Of a stretch of DNA of 64,000 bases, positions 49,014 through 62,700 are shown one piece after another. The stretch comes from Lingula anatina (lineage: Eukaryota; Animalia; Brachiopoda), in contig CM120640.1 of NCBI GenBank assembly GCA_051362555.1, forward strand, positions 62,350,788 through 62,414,787, read 5' to 3'. The notes under the pieces were generated by a model, which searched no databases, was not told the origin of the DNA, and was given only the letters and a program-made list of their open reading frames with translations. A program made the translations under genes and the position numbers. Position 1 is the stretch's first letter. Every line of letters begins with the position of its first letter.

Positions 49014-52000
49014 GTAAGATTTGGGTGTTGTTTTTTTATCCTAAAGTAGTTGAGGCTATTTGCTTTGCTCCCTTGCTGTTGGGTGGTGCATTGGTATCAC
49101 TCATCAAATTGAAACTCCCATTCCTAATTTGACTCGACAATTAATCTAAGATCAACATGATTAGGTTTGAAAGGGCAGAAAAAGTGCCTTCTCTAACAGC
49201 CTAGATCTGTCTGGGGAATATGAGAAAGCTCATTTTCACACCTGTGTGCTCCCAGCTACACCCTCACTTTTGTCTCAGGCCAAAGACTGGTGTCGCTGAC
49301 AGATTCAGTCTCTGCACACAGTCTGATAAATTAAACATGTAAGTACTATTGGATTGTCTACTCAAATTCCAAGTTGCCAGACAGTTTTACTGGGTCACAG
49401 CTGATCCAGTAGAGATGACCTTGCTTGTTGGGACTTCTAGGTGAGTTTTCTCCATATTTCCCCCAGTGTGTGTGTGTGCCTAGATTTATGTCTTACAGAT
49501 GAACCTGTAATTTTAAGTGACTAGAAAAACAGCTTCTGGGAAACACTAATGAGTGTTTAATTGATGTGGTTTGTGGCGATTATTAGTGAAGCAGAAAGGA
49601 TTGGTATGCATTGCTGAATAAAAGATGAACAAAAAACTTGCTGTGTGGATTTTAAACAGCTTCATAATGATAGTGGGAAAAATGAGAATACGTAAAAATA
49701 GGATAGCACCAGAATTAACTCATTGTTTCACGCAATATTTCAGTACAAAAGTGTTTAAAGTGTAATTACTTTTATCATAGTCCGTTCTGTGTGGTTAAGT
49801 TTGCATAGAAAGGAGTGTTTAGAAAGTAATTGTTTCTATCACGTTATTTCATGAAGTTATAAATTGCTCTCCCCAGTTAGATAGTTTGATTTGAAATCTC
49901 CCCAATGGTTTGGGCACCCAGGCTGAAGGGAGGGGAAGGAAAGGAGGAATGTTTGACAACATTGTAATATAGCTAGATATGAGTGATAGCCCCCAGATAA
50001 GGTGGATTAAACTGCGGACAGGACCAGAGCAAGCTTGTTGGAAAATGGATTAGTAGTGTTTATTTTGAAGAGTAAAATAAATGGGATGGGATCCTCTACC
50101 TCATCTAACTAGATTAAGCTTGTAATACATCATCTTAAATGAAAAGGGAAACCCGATGTGGCTAATTAATGTGAGACACACAGATCTAACAGCAGTTATG
50201 GATATAAAGAGAAGATGCTCAATGCATACAGCACCTGTGATTAACATCAAAGCCTTATGGATGGTGTAATAATTGCATTCTTCGCTTACTACTGTACTAC
50301 TACACATGGCAGAAAATGATACTTTTTCCTTTTATCACATTTTTACTACTGTAGTACCTGGACTGTTATCCCATTAAGTATGCCTTAATTATGCTCTTTT
50401 TGACTTAGAATCTGACATGTGCCACTGTCTGCAAATGCAGACATTCCTTATACTGGGTATATGGCAGCTGGTATATGGTACCTGCATTAGAGCCTTGGCT
50501 TTTGTGGCAAAGATTGGAGTGTCTTTGTATATAGAAAAAGTGTTATATGACATTTAGTATTTCATTCAGTTTCCGCTTTATTCCTTCATAATAGCTGAAA
50601 GTTTTGATAACAGTCATTGTTTGGTCACACTTGCTGTAACTTGTTTTCATACTTTCTGTATGTGTTAACAAAATTAAAGATTTTAAATGTTTTTGTTTAC
50701 ATTAATAACTGCACATCATGTCAGGTCTGAGAATTGTCATTGTTGTTCCTCTGTAAATATATGCATGGGAGTTTTTATTTCAATATTATCATTTCTTGGT
50801 CTAAGGGAAGATATAAAGGCAGAACTGTTGTAGCATGTTAACAAATGTCAAAACCAATCATGGATTTTAATCTGTGGACCATGTATAGAGTTTATTTGTA
50901 GTGATTTATTAATGTCCAAGTGTTGCTCCTGAATTTAGACATTTGAATCCCCCACTCCTGTGAGGTGACAATTGTTACAGATAAAAGAGATTGGAATGCC
51001 ATATTACCACAATGCAGATAGATGATCTGGTATCTAAGAATAAAGAGTGTGCTTTTTTCCACCCCATTCCTGAGCAAGGCTCAAATATATATATATATAT
51101 CTGCACATATACATGTGGGAATTCACATTAATGCTTAATGCCTGTAAATACAGTGAAAGTGTTCCTGGTCTAGGTGTTTTGTCTCTGTGGTGTTTAAAGC
51201 ATTTTTCAGACATGTTGGGTCTTGTTCAGATTCTTTAAAGCTGTGAAATTATCCACAATACTTTCTGTCACTGTGTCAGTGAAGTTGCTCAGACCGGTTG
51301 TACTTAAAGTAGTTTACCAACACTTGTGTCTCTTTCAAAAGAAGAAAATTGACATAGCCTGAAATTCTTCCCTTCAAGGACTTTTTCTAAGCTCTGGTAT
51401 ATACTTAAAAGATTATGTATCTGGTGTCTGGTGCTTTACTTAAAAATCATATAATGTTTAGTTTTGATCAGATGTGCCATTTTTTTCTCCTCCCCTCTTT
51501 TTTATTGCAGCTCCCTGATTTCAGTGCAAAACTTTTTTATTTGGTGTTTTTCCCTGTGTATGTTTTTTACCAAGAGAAGATACCTGGCATTTCATAGCAC
51601 TGTCAGTTTTGGACAAGAAAAAACGCTTAAGTGGTTGAGCAGAGATTTCCAGAAACACACTGCAAACCCTCTCCTCTGGCATGCATTATTTAGAAAAGAT
51701 ATTGGGAGGTTATGTTTCTGATTTTCATGTCTGGACTACCAATCAATCAAAATTTCAGAAGCAGATTGTTGACCTGCCTTGCTAGAAGGCACTTTTTCCT
51801 CCTCCAGCAGGTAATGTCTAGCTGATTTTAACTTCAATGAAGTGTAAGTTTTTTGTAAGCCATGCAAGAACTCATTCATGATATCTTATGTTATAGTGTG
51901 CTTTGTGATCATTTGTGTATACAGTGCTAGTCTGTTGGTGTTTGAGTTTGGGAGATTGTCTTTCTTCAGTGAGTAGAAGTATTTGCCCTCCCATGAAATC

Positions 52001-55000
52001 TACCCATATCTAGCTTCAGTCTGTGTTTGAGTATCCACTTGGATGAATGTGTGTCAAAGGACAACTGAATGCACTGAACTGCAGGGCAAATTGAAGTGCT
52101 AAGAAAAGGCTGTATCTAATGTTAATTATACCATTAACATTGCTTCCGATATGAAAGAATTCAAACATCCATTCTTCTATCGGCATTCTGGAAAAGGTTC
52201 AGGCAATCTATTCTCTCAATGTTATGTTTTCAGAAGAAAGTCAGGTGCATGGTTCATGAAAAACATGCATCAGGGTGTTCTTAATACAACTTATTTTAAT
52301 GAGTTACGTGATTTTTAATAAGGTTTTATCTTTTAAACTGCTTATATTTGTAAAATCAGTACATAACAATATGGCATCTTGTTTGTGTCACATTTACTGA
52401 AGAGAAGATTCCTCTGAAAATAAATCAATCGAGTACTTTGAAAAGATCACATACTAAAGAAAAAATGCAGAAAAGTTATCTTCTACATTGATAGAAGATG
52501 AGGAAATTATGCCGTATTTGTCCTCAGACTGGGGCCATGGCGAAGGGCCAACAGGTAGCAAATGGAGTGAGTGCCCTTGATGCCAAAATGGGAGTTTTAT
52601 GAGACAGATCATGCCTGGACAATTTGTTGTTCAGATGTTATCTCTAAGGAAGCAATTTGAAGATTTATCTCCCGAGCAAATGGAATTTATTTAAGGCATT
52701 GATGATTTATTGTCTGTAGAAATAACGTGTGTTGATGTTGATTATGTTAAAAGACAGTGAAAAATCTGCAACACTGCTCTCCAAATTCTGTCAAGAAATG
52801 ATCTTAAGATGAAAAATGCTTTCCTTTTCACTTTTTACATTTTTTCAGGATGGTTTAATGTGAATAAATATAATAATAAAGTGAATTCCGGATTATTTGT
52901 ATTAAATGATGAACCATTTGAGACCAGGGAAATTGAAGAACAACTCTCACAAAGGGTCAGACTTTCTTAAAAGACTCAATTAACTAAAATCATTCTTGTT
53001 ATTTAAAACATAAAAACCACTTCCTTCCATCTTAATTCAGCATTACTCCAATTGCATTCAGTGAAAGGACCAGGTTCAAATTTTATTGCATAATTGCACT
53101 AAGAAAATTGGTAATCTCCCTTGCGCGTCTAGCCAAGATTTGTCTGGGGCACAAGCCATTGGAATGTGTGTCTCATGCTGCTTAGTGCACAGTGGCCTGC
53201 AGTATTCTGGTGTACCCTCTACTAACTTTTCTATCTGTGTAAAAAGTAATAATGTAATTCATGATATCATGGGTTGGATCCCTTGCCTCTAGTTACAGGG
53301 TATTATGTGACATTGTGACTGCAGCTGCTGAGATTAACAGTGTGAAAAGTCATGCCCCAAGCCAAGGATATTTTTATAAAACTTAACGTGTTTGCACGTA
53401 TTGTGATTGTCATTATTGGCCTATCTTGTACTGTTGGTTAGATGTGACATAACTGTTAGATTGTATTTGCCTTTTTAAAATAATTGTTTGCATTGATTTT
53501 TTCTAATTTTTTCCCCTTTTCCAGTGGGCGACAAAAATATAAATGTGTTTCTTTAAAGGCTCTCTGGGTTATAATGTTACTTACTAAAAATTGGCCTATT
53601 GTTTTCATTACATCGTCAAATGATTCATTTTTATTTATCTCACGTATACAAAGATAAGACTTTTGAAATCCTACCCCTCAACTTGTCTCTTTAGCACAAA
53701 ACGTGATAAGATTGGATAAATATTGTATTGTTCTGCTGATTTTACCATGCAGAAGCTAAAGAAATTGGAGCATAAAGGAAGCCTTTTTCAGTCATTTTGA
53801 CAGTTGACAGTAGCACACTTGTTGGCACAGGTTGATTGTCAGTTTTCTCTTAGATTTCTGACTATCCACGTGCTGTGGTCTTCACTTAAGGATAGAAACA
53901 TCAGCTCCTGTATAAGTATTGGCTGTGTCACCCCAGGCTGGGCCTCCCTGGCTATGAGATGGGAAGCTGGGCCTGGTTGTAAGGATACAGCAATGTTGGT
54001 AGGTTAATCTGCCATCACATTGTCATGCTGATTACCAACAGCTTTTCTGCTTGGCGGAACTTTGGTAGAGACCAACTGTTGCTCCTCTTTGTTAAGGTAC
54101 ACTGCTGTATTGTTACTGCAGTCAATACCAGTAATTGATTCAAGTCAATAAGGGTTGAGTCACAGAGAAGATTTGACTTGCATTGCCGTCTTGGGTTATT
54201 AGGAGTCAAACAGTAGGTGCCTTGTGTTGTGACTGAATGAGCACCTCAGTTTGACTGTGGCCCAAACAGATCGCCAAATATTGGTTGGGGCCTGAAAGAT
54301 CAAAGTCAGTACAAGATCATTTGGCTGTTGTGATAGAAAATGTGGGGGCACATTTGACAAAGCAGTTCCAAGGCTTCTGTTTGCACAGAGTACATAAACG
54401 GTGAAATGAATTCACTATGGGTCTTAGGGTCAAATAGGTAACTTGTTGCATGTATTATGAATGAAAGAATTCAGACTTGATTTCTGCTAGACAGAAGCAC
54501 AGGTGTGCAGATCTGCGCTTCATTTTTATTTTGAATGACATTGGATCAGTAGTCAGCTCAGGGCATGTTCACATAAGGACTTATTTTGACCAACTTCATG
54601 AAATATTAATTTAATGTGGTATTTTTAATTAAGTTTGTATGATATCTCATTATTTCTCTCTCCACCCCCCCCCCCCACCCCCCCCCCCACCCCCATTGTC
54701 AGCAAATAGTTTAAGTTGGTCTTGATGTGAACATTAACCTTTTAGTTCTTCTCCAGTAAAATTTTTATGAATGAGATGACTATGCACCATTGCAATTGTA
54801 TATGACAGATGTGGATTGAATTGTGTACAAAGCGGAAGCATGGCCCTGTTACTATCACTGATCTGAAGGTTCAGGCCTAATACCCCATTATAAAGAATGG
54901 TTATAAAGTGGGTGGCAGCGAGATATTTTGAATGCAGAAAGTTTATACCACCCAGGACCAGCATGAAAAAGCATTACATACAGGAAATTTTCTTGTCTTG

Positions 55001-55515
55001 GTAGGCAAGAATCGAGGTATTGTTTTGGTATGTTTGTTTTCAAATAAAAAAATAGAAATTTGAAGAAATACAAGATGGTATCAAAATGGGTTGCTGTAAA
55101 GCACAAAAGATGGGTTTTATGTTTCAACTAAGCCTCGTTGGGTGTCCATTTACATGCTCTAACTTGTATGTATTCCTTTCTATTTTTATTTCTTTTTGAA
55201 AATCCATTTCCTGGATTGGGGACAATTTTGACTATGATAATGTCAGACCAGTAAAGAATAGATATGATTGTTTAAAAAGAGACAGGTGCATGTTGTACAG
55301 TCTGTTATAAATCAATATCAACATGAAAAATATGTTATAGTTTGGGAGATGATTTGGATCCTGGACCATATGGGAAGGGGGAAAATTAATGAAATGAGGT
55401 AATCCTCTTCCATGCTCTTGTATACTCTGGTCTAGTAAGCATCAATCTTTTACAGTAGTTCCTCACTAATTTAGAATACCCCACTTTTTGTGAACATTTG
55501 ATTATTTGAAGATTT

Positions 55516-55680
55516 CAGGCCCAAAGCCAGCAATTTCAAGGGGAGTATAATTTTCTAAAAAATGGACCGTTTACCGTGAAACCTAGATCACTTGCTACTC
55601 AGAGCAGACCTTTCCACTCCCTGCCAAGAAGGGCAGCTCATTTGAACGCAACAACCCCCCCCCCCTTGGCTATAGGCCTG
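55516..55680. mobile_element. Diverged copy of the 14716 MITE, inverted
   Basis: CAGGCCCAAAGCCAGCAATTTCAAGGGG...TTGGCTATAGGCCTG, reverse-complement similarity to 14716-14884. Confidence 0.8.
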
Positions 55681-58386
55681 GCTTTAATCATTTTAGTTGC
55701 TTCGATCATTGAGAAAGAAATGTTCTGAATGAAATCAAAACTCACTACACATAATTTTATAAATATATATATCTGGGGAATTTTTGGGCAAATCATAGTT
55801 AAAAGAAAAATTTTAATGAATTATATGTTCGAAGTTTATGTGTTATTACCATACATATTCTTTGCCAGACCAAGTTTATTCACTTAAGGAGCATTAAAAG
55901 TAAATTACACCTTGCGGAATTCAGTCTGAAATGTCCTTCAAAATTCTTGATGAGATTACTGTACGCTTTTGGCCAAATATAATCCTTTCCAGTCTAGAGC
56001 TGATAGCAGTTCTGTCTTTACAGCTGGATAGAATGGAGGGTTCTGATTTTAGAAATTATAAGAATTTTTCAGGTTAGTTTTCATTAAAGAAATGCAAATA
56101 TGTGTACCATTAGATAATTTAAAATGAAGAAGTAAAGGAGGCAGTTATAATGACAGTCTGTAGAATCATAGTGTATACAAGAAAGCATTAATTTATGCCG
56201 CATTCACATGACTGGTTTGACTGTCAATCAACTATAGGATGATTTAAGAGCTGAAAATATCCAAAAGCTAATTGGCTATGCATTGATGAAGTGGACATGA
56301 TTATAAAAAATGTGAAGAAACCCATTAACTCTTGATACTCTCCTCCCCTCATTATGCTGTCATTGCAACAGCTGAGATAATTGTCTGAATCCGTATACAG
56401 ACACACCCACCTCAACTCCCATGTGACCCATCCTGACTTTTACCCCTGCTCTTTATGGAGTGTGTTTAGCCAAGAAATTAGCAAAAACCTGATACATAAC
56501 CCATCTATAGGACTAAAGTTAATGAACTTCATCAAAATTCCCCCTATTTCATGTTTCCCATTGACTGGGAAATTGTCGACTAGCATCAATGTCGTCTGTT
56601 GATCAATGGTTGTTATTATCAGCACTATGGGGTGCATGCGCTGTGCAAGACTTACCAGGCATAGGAATCTTTCCAGGTGTGATATTGCTGCTATATAGTA
56701 GCTGTTAATGCCTTAGATGTTGTTAAGGCATTCTCACATGATTATTCCAATTCAGGGATGTACATATGTCTATGCTTTGATATTGTTACTACTATATATG
56801 CATACTAGTAATGAAATGCTTTTCCATTTCTTTTTCTTATTATTTGATGATTGGTTTTTGCCAAACTGTTCATAAGTACATTTGAATAAGTCAGTTTTGA
56901 ACATACATTGAAGCAATTTACTTTAGAACAGAAAGGCTTCATGGATAATATAATCACATTTTATTTAGTAGCCATAAGGTTGTCTTGGAAAATGAGAAAA
57001 TTTGCAATACTTGTGTTTATCAAAATTTTAACAGGTACTTCATTTGTAGCATTTTAAAGTATTTATCTTAACTCTCAGTTTAACACTTGCAGCATCTTTG
57101 CATGTGCTGGTGCAGCTTTGATTATTTCAGTATTTTAACTTACAGTTGAGCCTTGTTTATTCCCGTCAAAAGCTCACTTTAACAATTTAGTATATTCCTG
57201 CAGTGTTGGACTGTGCTCAGCATTTTATCAGCATGCATGTTATTGGGAACATCAGGTGTTGGATTAAATATGATTGCTGGTAATTGGAGAATCTTTAGAG
57301 GAAATTGGACAAAATCACCAATATTTGCCATTGAAACATATATCCCTATTTTAGCCCTTTAAAAGAAAATGTGTTGCATGAAAAAAATATCTCACAAGTT
57401 TCCAGTGAGATAATATTGGAAGCATGCTGCAGTTATTTGTGTTCTTGTTCTGAATCAGTGCAAAATAAGTAGGAAAGAAAAATAGATTTTCAGTCTAAAG
57501 AAATTGAGCTAGTTTTACATAGGAGGGAAATTGTACCCAATGTGATTAGAATATGGTTGCTCCTGTGTAAGCCATGACATTTTCACCAAATTCTTTGCAG
57601 AATATTGTTGTTAACAGTTGATGTTTAGAGGAGGGTAAACTGCAAATTCAATTATGGTATTTAATTCAAAAAATAAGTTTCCCGTCTTAGGTTTTGCTCC
57701 TGTGGGGGACAGAGAAAACCAACTCATGGCGTTTTTCTAAGTATCATTCCTTGCTTTAATTGCCCTGTGTATATATGAAGGTAGATGTCAACTGCCGGGT
57801 CAAAAATTAAAAAAATCCACAAAATCTTTCAACTTAAAAGAGAAATTGCACAAATTTGTTCTGATAATTCTAAATTACTAACTAGTACATTACATCTAGT
57901 CTAATGCAGTCAGTTTTGTCTAGCGTAGTTGTATTAGTTAAAAGATGGTATGAAGGTTCTTCCTGTGTTTACACATACTGGCGTTGTAAGTGCATGTAAC
58001 GAGGCAGTTCCTTGTGGAGCAGGTACTTCTGTTTAGCTTCATACATCTATATCTTGCCACATGATGGTCTACAGATACCTTGTCTGAGTGTTAAAAATGG
58101 ACCTGGTACTTGTTAAGAGAATATGCAGTATAAATACAGTGTGAAATTAGCAACTTCTGCGTCATTGGGTCATTGGCTGTGTCTGTTGTGCTATTACAGA
58201 GTTCAGTCTTGCTGAAAATATATTGATATCATTACTCCTCTTTAAGTTTTTTTTTCTGATGATCTGTGTGGTCTTATCATTAAGTACTAGTGCACTGATA
58301 AGCCAGCATGATCATCTTTAATATTTTGGAAAGCCTTGTTAAAACAATGTGTATTGCAATGTTGAAAATGATAAATGAATATATAG

Positions 58387-58550
58387 CAGGTCTGTGGCCA
58401 GCAATTGCAGAGGGGTTCTTTTTCTGAAAAAGTAGGATCTTTTAACATCTTACCTGATCCAACCTGAGAAATGGCATAAAAATTAGACTCAGAGCAGGCC
58501 TTCTCTGGCCAAAAGAGTGGGTATTTTGATCCTTCCAAATCCCCCTTGCC
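58387..58550. mobile_element. Strongly diverged copy of the same MITE, inverted, one end lost
   Basis: CAGGTCTGTGGCCAGCAATTGCAGAGGGGTTCTTTTTCTGAAAAAGT...ACTCAGAGCAG shared with the other copies. Confidence 0.65.
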
Positions 58551-61500
58551 CATATAATAGGAGAACATACTAGTAAGGTTTATTACTGGATGAATCCTTA
58601 TCAGTTGTGTCAGTGTATTTGTTGTAGATGGAGATCTATTTGTGCTATAATCTGTGACCAAGTAGACAGCTCGAGCTGCTCTAAAAATGCGTCTGAGCTA
58701 TTTTCTCTTTTATTACTCTTATGTATAGGATGTAATTTTATAGTGTAATGGTGCAGTAAAATCACAATTACAGGAGAATCAGGCTGTAACAGGCCTGTTT
58801 TGAAATGCTGGGACCTTGTAACCTTCCATAGAGGTGTGCCTTCAGGTAACAGTGAAGTTTGGTCACCCTCTCCTCGTATCAGGTGATAGATAACTGCAGT
58901 ATTATATGTTACCAGCATCTCACTGGTAGAAGCTGAAGAAAGTCTGGTTTACACACAGCAAACTGGTTCATACCAAGGCAGGTCCCAATGGTATAGATTA
59001 AGTAGCGCCAAGATTGACGGGGTGAAATGCATGAGGTGTGCTGCTGCGCAAGTGCAGACGCTGCTGCGCAGTCACAAAGCACAGACTTCGGAGGCAAATG
59101 TCTGCTTGGTGGAATTTAAGTGTGGGGGTCTCATATGAGACACATGAAACTTGATAGGCATGTAAATTGCATTTCAGACATTCAGCAAAAGAATGAGAAT
59201 GTATTTTTATAGTAAGAAGCACAGTTATATTTCCAATGATATCATTGGTGTCTGTCTTCTTTGATGACACCTGTCAACTTCATGCCTGGTCAAAAGAAAT
59301 GCGTTGTTTCTTTTGTCCCCTTTACAGGTCTCCAAATCATGAATAAATTGTTTCCATGTGGCTCTTTGATGTGATCAGTGACTTTTTCAATCTACCAGAC
59401 ACTTCTTACCTCTACCTCTTTATCTCCATTTTGTGTTGGATAATATGAAGAAGTATAATTTAGCTCAAAGACCAATGTCTGCGGAACCACCTTGTCCACG
59501 GCAAGCCATCTCTGCAGTGTGGAAGAGATCTGTGACCACTTAACCTTTGGTGACAAAAGTTCAGACCAAATTGACAAGGTGCAGCACCTTTGTCCTCAAG
59601 GTGGCTGGTAAATGATGGCAAATAGGGCAATTAAAAAACAATAAATGTCAGTGTCCTGAGAACACTCAATCTGTATCAAGGTCCTCCTGTGTCCTTGTAG
59701 TACTATAATTTGCCTCAGGCCTACAGAATATTTGTTATGATCTCTGTGGAATGCAATCGTTTAGCACGTAAAGTGGCACCATTTTTATACATTTCTTTAT
59801 CAGTCAATCCATCTGTACTTATCCAAATGAATAGCTTTACTTCAAAAGAATTATTAATTAATGTATTCAAAGATACATGTAAATTAAATGACACTGAGAA
59901 CAGATAGCAATTCAAGATTTTCTGTCTGACGGCATATTTTATGATTAAAGTTCTGCTGTGATAAAATGTCATATGAAAATTATTTCAAAATTGGTGGGTT
60001 TTAAAAGATTTAACTGGTGCATAAATTGTTCTGTTCAACTTTGTTGGCATTAAAAGAGAGAAAAATACAAATATTTTTCAAGAGCAGCCTGTAGGTGATT
60101 GTGCTGCAATGTCAGTCTGAGGGTTACAATCTCTGTCACTAATGATTCCAAAATAGAGACCCTGAAGCAAACTTTGTGCCATTTTGTCATGGAAGTAGTC
60201 TAGAGGTAAACCTATGGTTACACTGGCAAATAATGCACAAGAAAGACCAGGTGTAAGAATTCACTAAGATGCCAAGTTGAGTGGTGTCCAGAAATTCCTT
60301 CCTTTCCCCCCAAATGTTACTTGTCAACTTTTTAACTGTCACTTACTCGATGGTTTTGTTTCTGTCACCCCTTTTCACACTTACTTCATTCACTTGTGGG
60401 CTGTACCAGTGATTCTTTAACACATTAAAATAGCTTCTTGACTTTTTGACATATACAGTGATACATTGAGGGAAAAAATGGTTCATCAATGCATTGCACT
60501 TCTTTAGGTATTTTATGACTACCTTTTACTCCCTTTCTCTTCTGTTCTTTTAATATCATTCAAAGGACATGCCCTCTCAAAGATTTCCTTTCTAAGAAAT
60601 AAATTAACCGTACAAATCCTGAACCAAAATCTTCAGAAAATTATATTTCAGTACAACAGTTTTTAGATTTTGTTTTTTTATTTCTGTTTCTCCTCTCTTG
60701 CTCTTTGCAATTTCTTTCTTCCTGTTTGCAAGTCAGAGGTGGAGTGCTTCAGGCAGCAGAATTCCCCCACGTTTTGTATCATTCACTAGGTTTGTAGTTT
60801 CCAGGTGAGACAGTATTAAGCCAGGTAATATGATTAATGGAGATCTTGCTGTGAGAGTGAAAAAAAGTCTAGAAATCTTTACCATACAATAGTCCTTAAG
60901 TTGTAAAATACTTAGATATCATTGTTTACTAAGGATGGGAGGGTCAGTGATAAGATAAATGATGATACAAGATCAGCATGATGTTGCTAAGGTAACTGGT
61001 AAATGGCCAAGAGTAAAAGCCCAGTAGGAATAAGATTGCCTTAAAAGTCTGCAACAATGTTCAGAGCTACAGAAAAAAACAGACTGTCTGGCAGAAAAAA
61101 GTGTCTCTCAACATGTTGTCTGCATTGTTAAAAGATTTTTAAACAGCCAAGAACAAACTTAGTGAGAAAAGACAGGCTAGTGGTTTAAAAGCTTCAGGGA
61201 CTTTTTTTGTCGCTCTTTGATCTTGTCACAAATGCACTGAAGTTCCACTTGAGTTGGTTGAGGGGGGTTTCATGTGTTTTTTAAACAGTTGGGTACTTTT
61301 GAATCTTCATGGTTTTGTGAACAGAGCCTCCTCTTTGTTAACAGTGTCTAAGTACATGCTGTGCCTAGGAGATTTTTTCAATGTGGTAGTCTGGTCAGAA
61401 TGCAAGATCAGTATTTGATCATTTGTTATGTTTACAAGAGGGATCTACTTGAAACCATCCATTAAGTAGAATCCACTGAAGTGTCCAGTTTAAGGCAGTG

Positions 61501-62519
61501 ATGGTGGTTTCATGAAATAAGTCACTGTCTGAAGTAATGCAGTTGATTGTCAGAACATGAAATTTACAATTCTATTACTCTTTGTAAACTCGAGGTGATA
61601 GTAATAAAGCTAAACTAATTAAGCACATCATTTTGTTGATAGGTGCTACAGAAAAATTACTTTGGTTAAATTTACATTTCTAAAAAGTTTTGTTTTATCC
61701 ATCACTGATCTGACTTCAAATTTGATGGAGCATTAAACTTTTAACTTTTTTATTTCAAACTGGATTTATATTATTATTATTAAAGGGGACTAAGTTCATA
61801 GACAAGTATAGCAGACTGCACTTAAAGATTCCAGAGAATCAGGTCAAAAGTTTGTTATCCTTGAAGTTTGCAGGTGTGAGGATGACGAGTAGTTTCAGTC
61901 GTCAGAAGGTGACAGGTGATGGCTTCTCTTGCACCTGGTCTTCAGCCTGGTATTAGTGTGTTTCAATAAATATTCTGCACTGTCACGTTTAAAGTGTGAA
62001 AAAATTTTGGGTGTGCATGCATACAGAGTGGTGGCATTTCCTCTCTTTTGACTTGCACTCGTTTTTCTTGAACAAAGTTTCTTTTGATTTCAAGGTACAG
62101 ATTTCAGTCCTTACAGAAAAATTCAGGTCATTGCAAGTTGTAAAATTTATTGGCAAAAGAAAATGTTAGCTTTTGTTCTAGTTATATACCATTTGAGATG
62201 GGCTTATCTTTTAATTAGAATATATAAAAAAGTGATCCCAGAACTGCAACTTGGCAAATGAAATAGAAACGAGGAGGATTTTTTGCAAACAGCTATGTAC
62301 GAGTGCAAAATTCAAATAGATTCGATTGAAACAACACATTTTAATGAAATTTTTTATGAACTCCATTCATACATAATATTTTTGACAAAAAGATGAGATT
62401 AAGATAGGTTATATATATGAACAAAAGTTGAGTATTTGAATATTTTCAAGACAATTTTCTTGTGTAGGGAAGATAAGAGCTCATACTCTCACAAGAAGAT
62501 GTCTTGATTTGTTTAAAGG

Positions 62520-62700
62520 TGGTATGAAAAGTTGAGACTTTATTTATGGATGAAACCTGTGGCATTTCATAGCACCATATGCCATAGTTGTTCTTGTTAA
62601 CTGTCTGCCTCCCATTGTATGTCTGGTGTGCAAATACCACATGGACTATAAATGCAGCTGATAGATCCACTCAGAACATTGGTGCATACATGAAAAAGTA
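62520..62700 (-). mobile_element. Possible ancient L2/CR1 RT remnant
   Basis: Minus-strand VDLSAAF...RQTV...MPQVS resembles DLSAAFD...GVPQGS, very decayed. Confidence 0.25.

Noticed and set aside
49381-49440. Possible poison exon with a strong GTGAGT donor
   Set aside because: Weak pyrimidine tract, and such pseudo-exons are common
52849-52960. Candidate ADAMTS exon 3 after a strong acceptor
   Set aside because: Phase 0 frame hits TGA after 4 codons, and the open frame has no ADAMTS similarity
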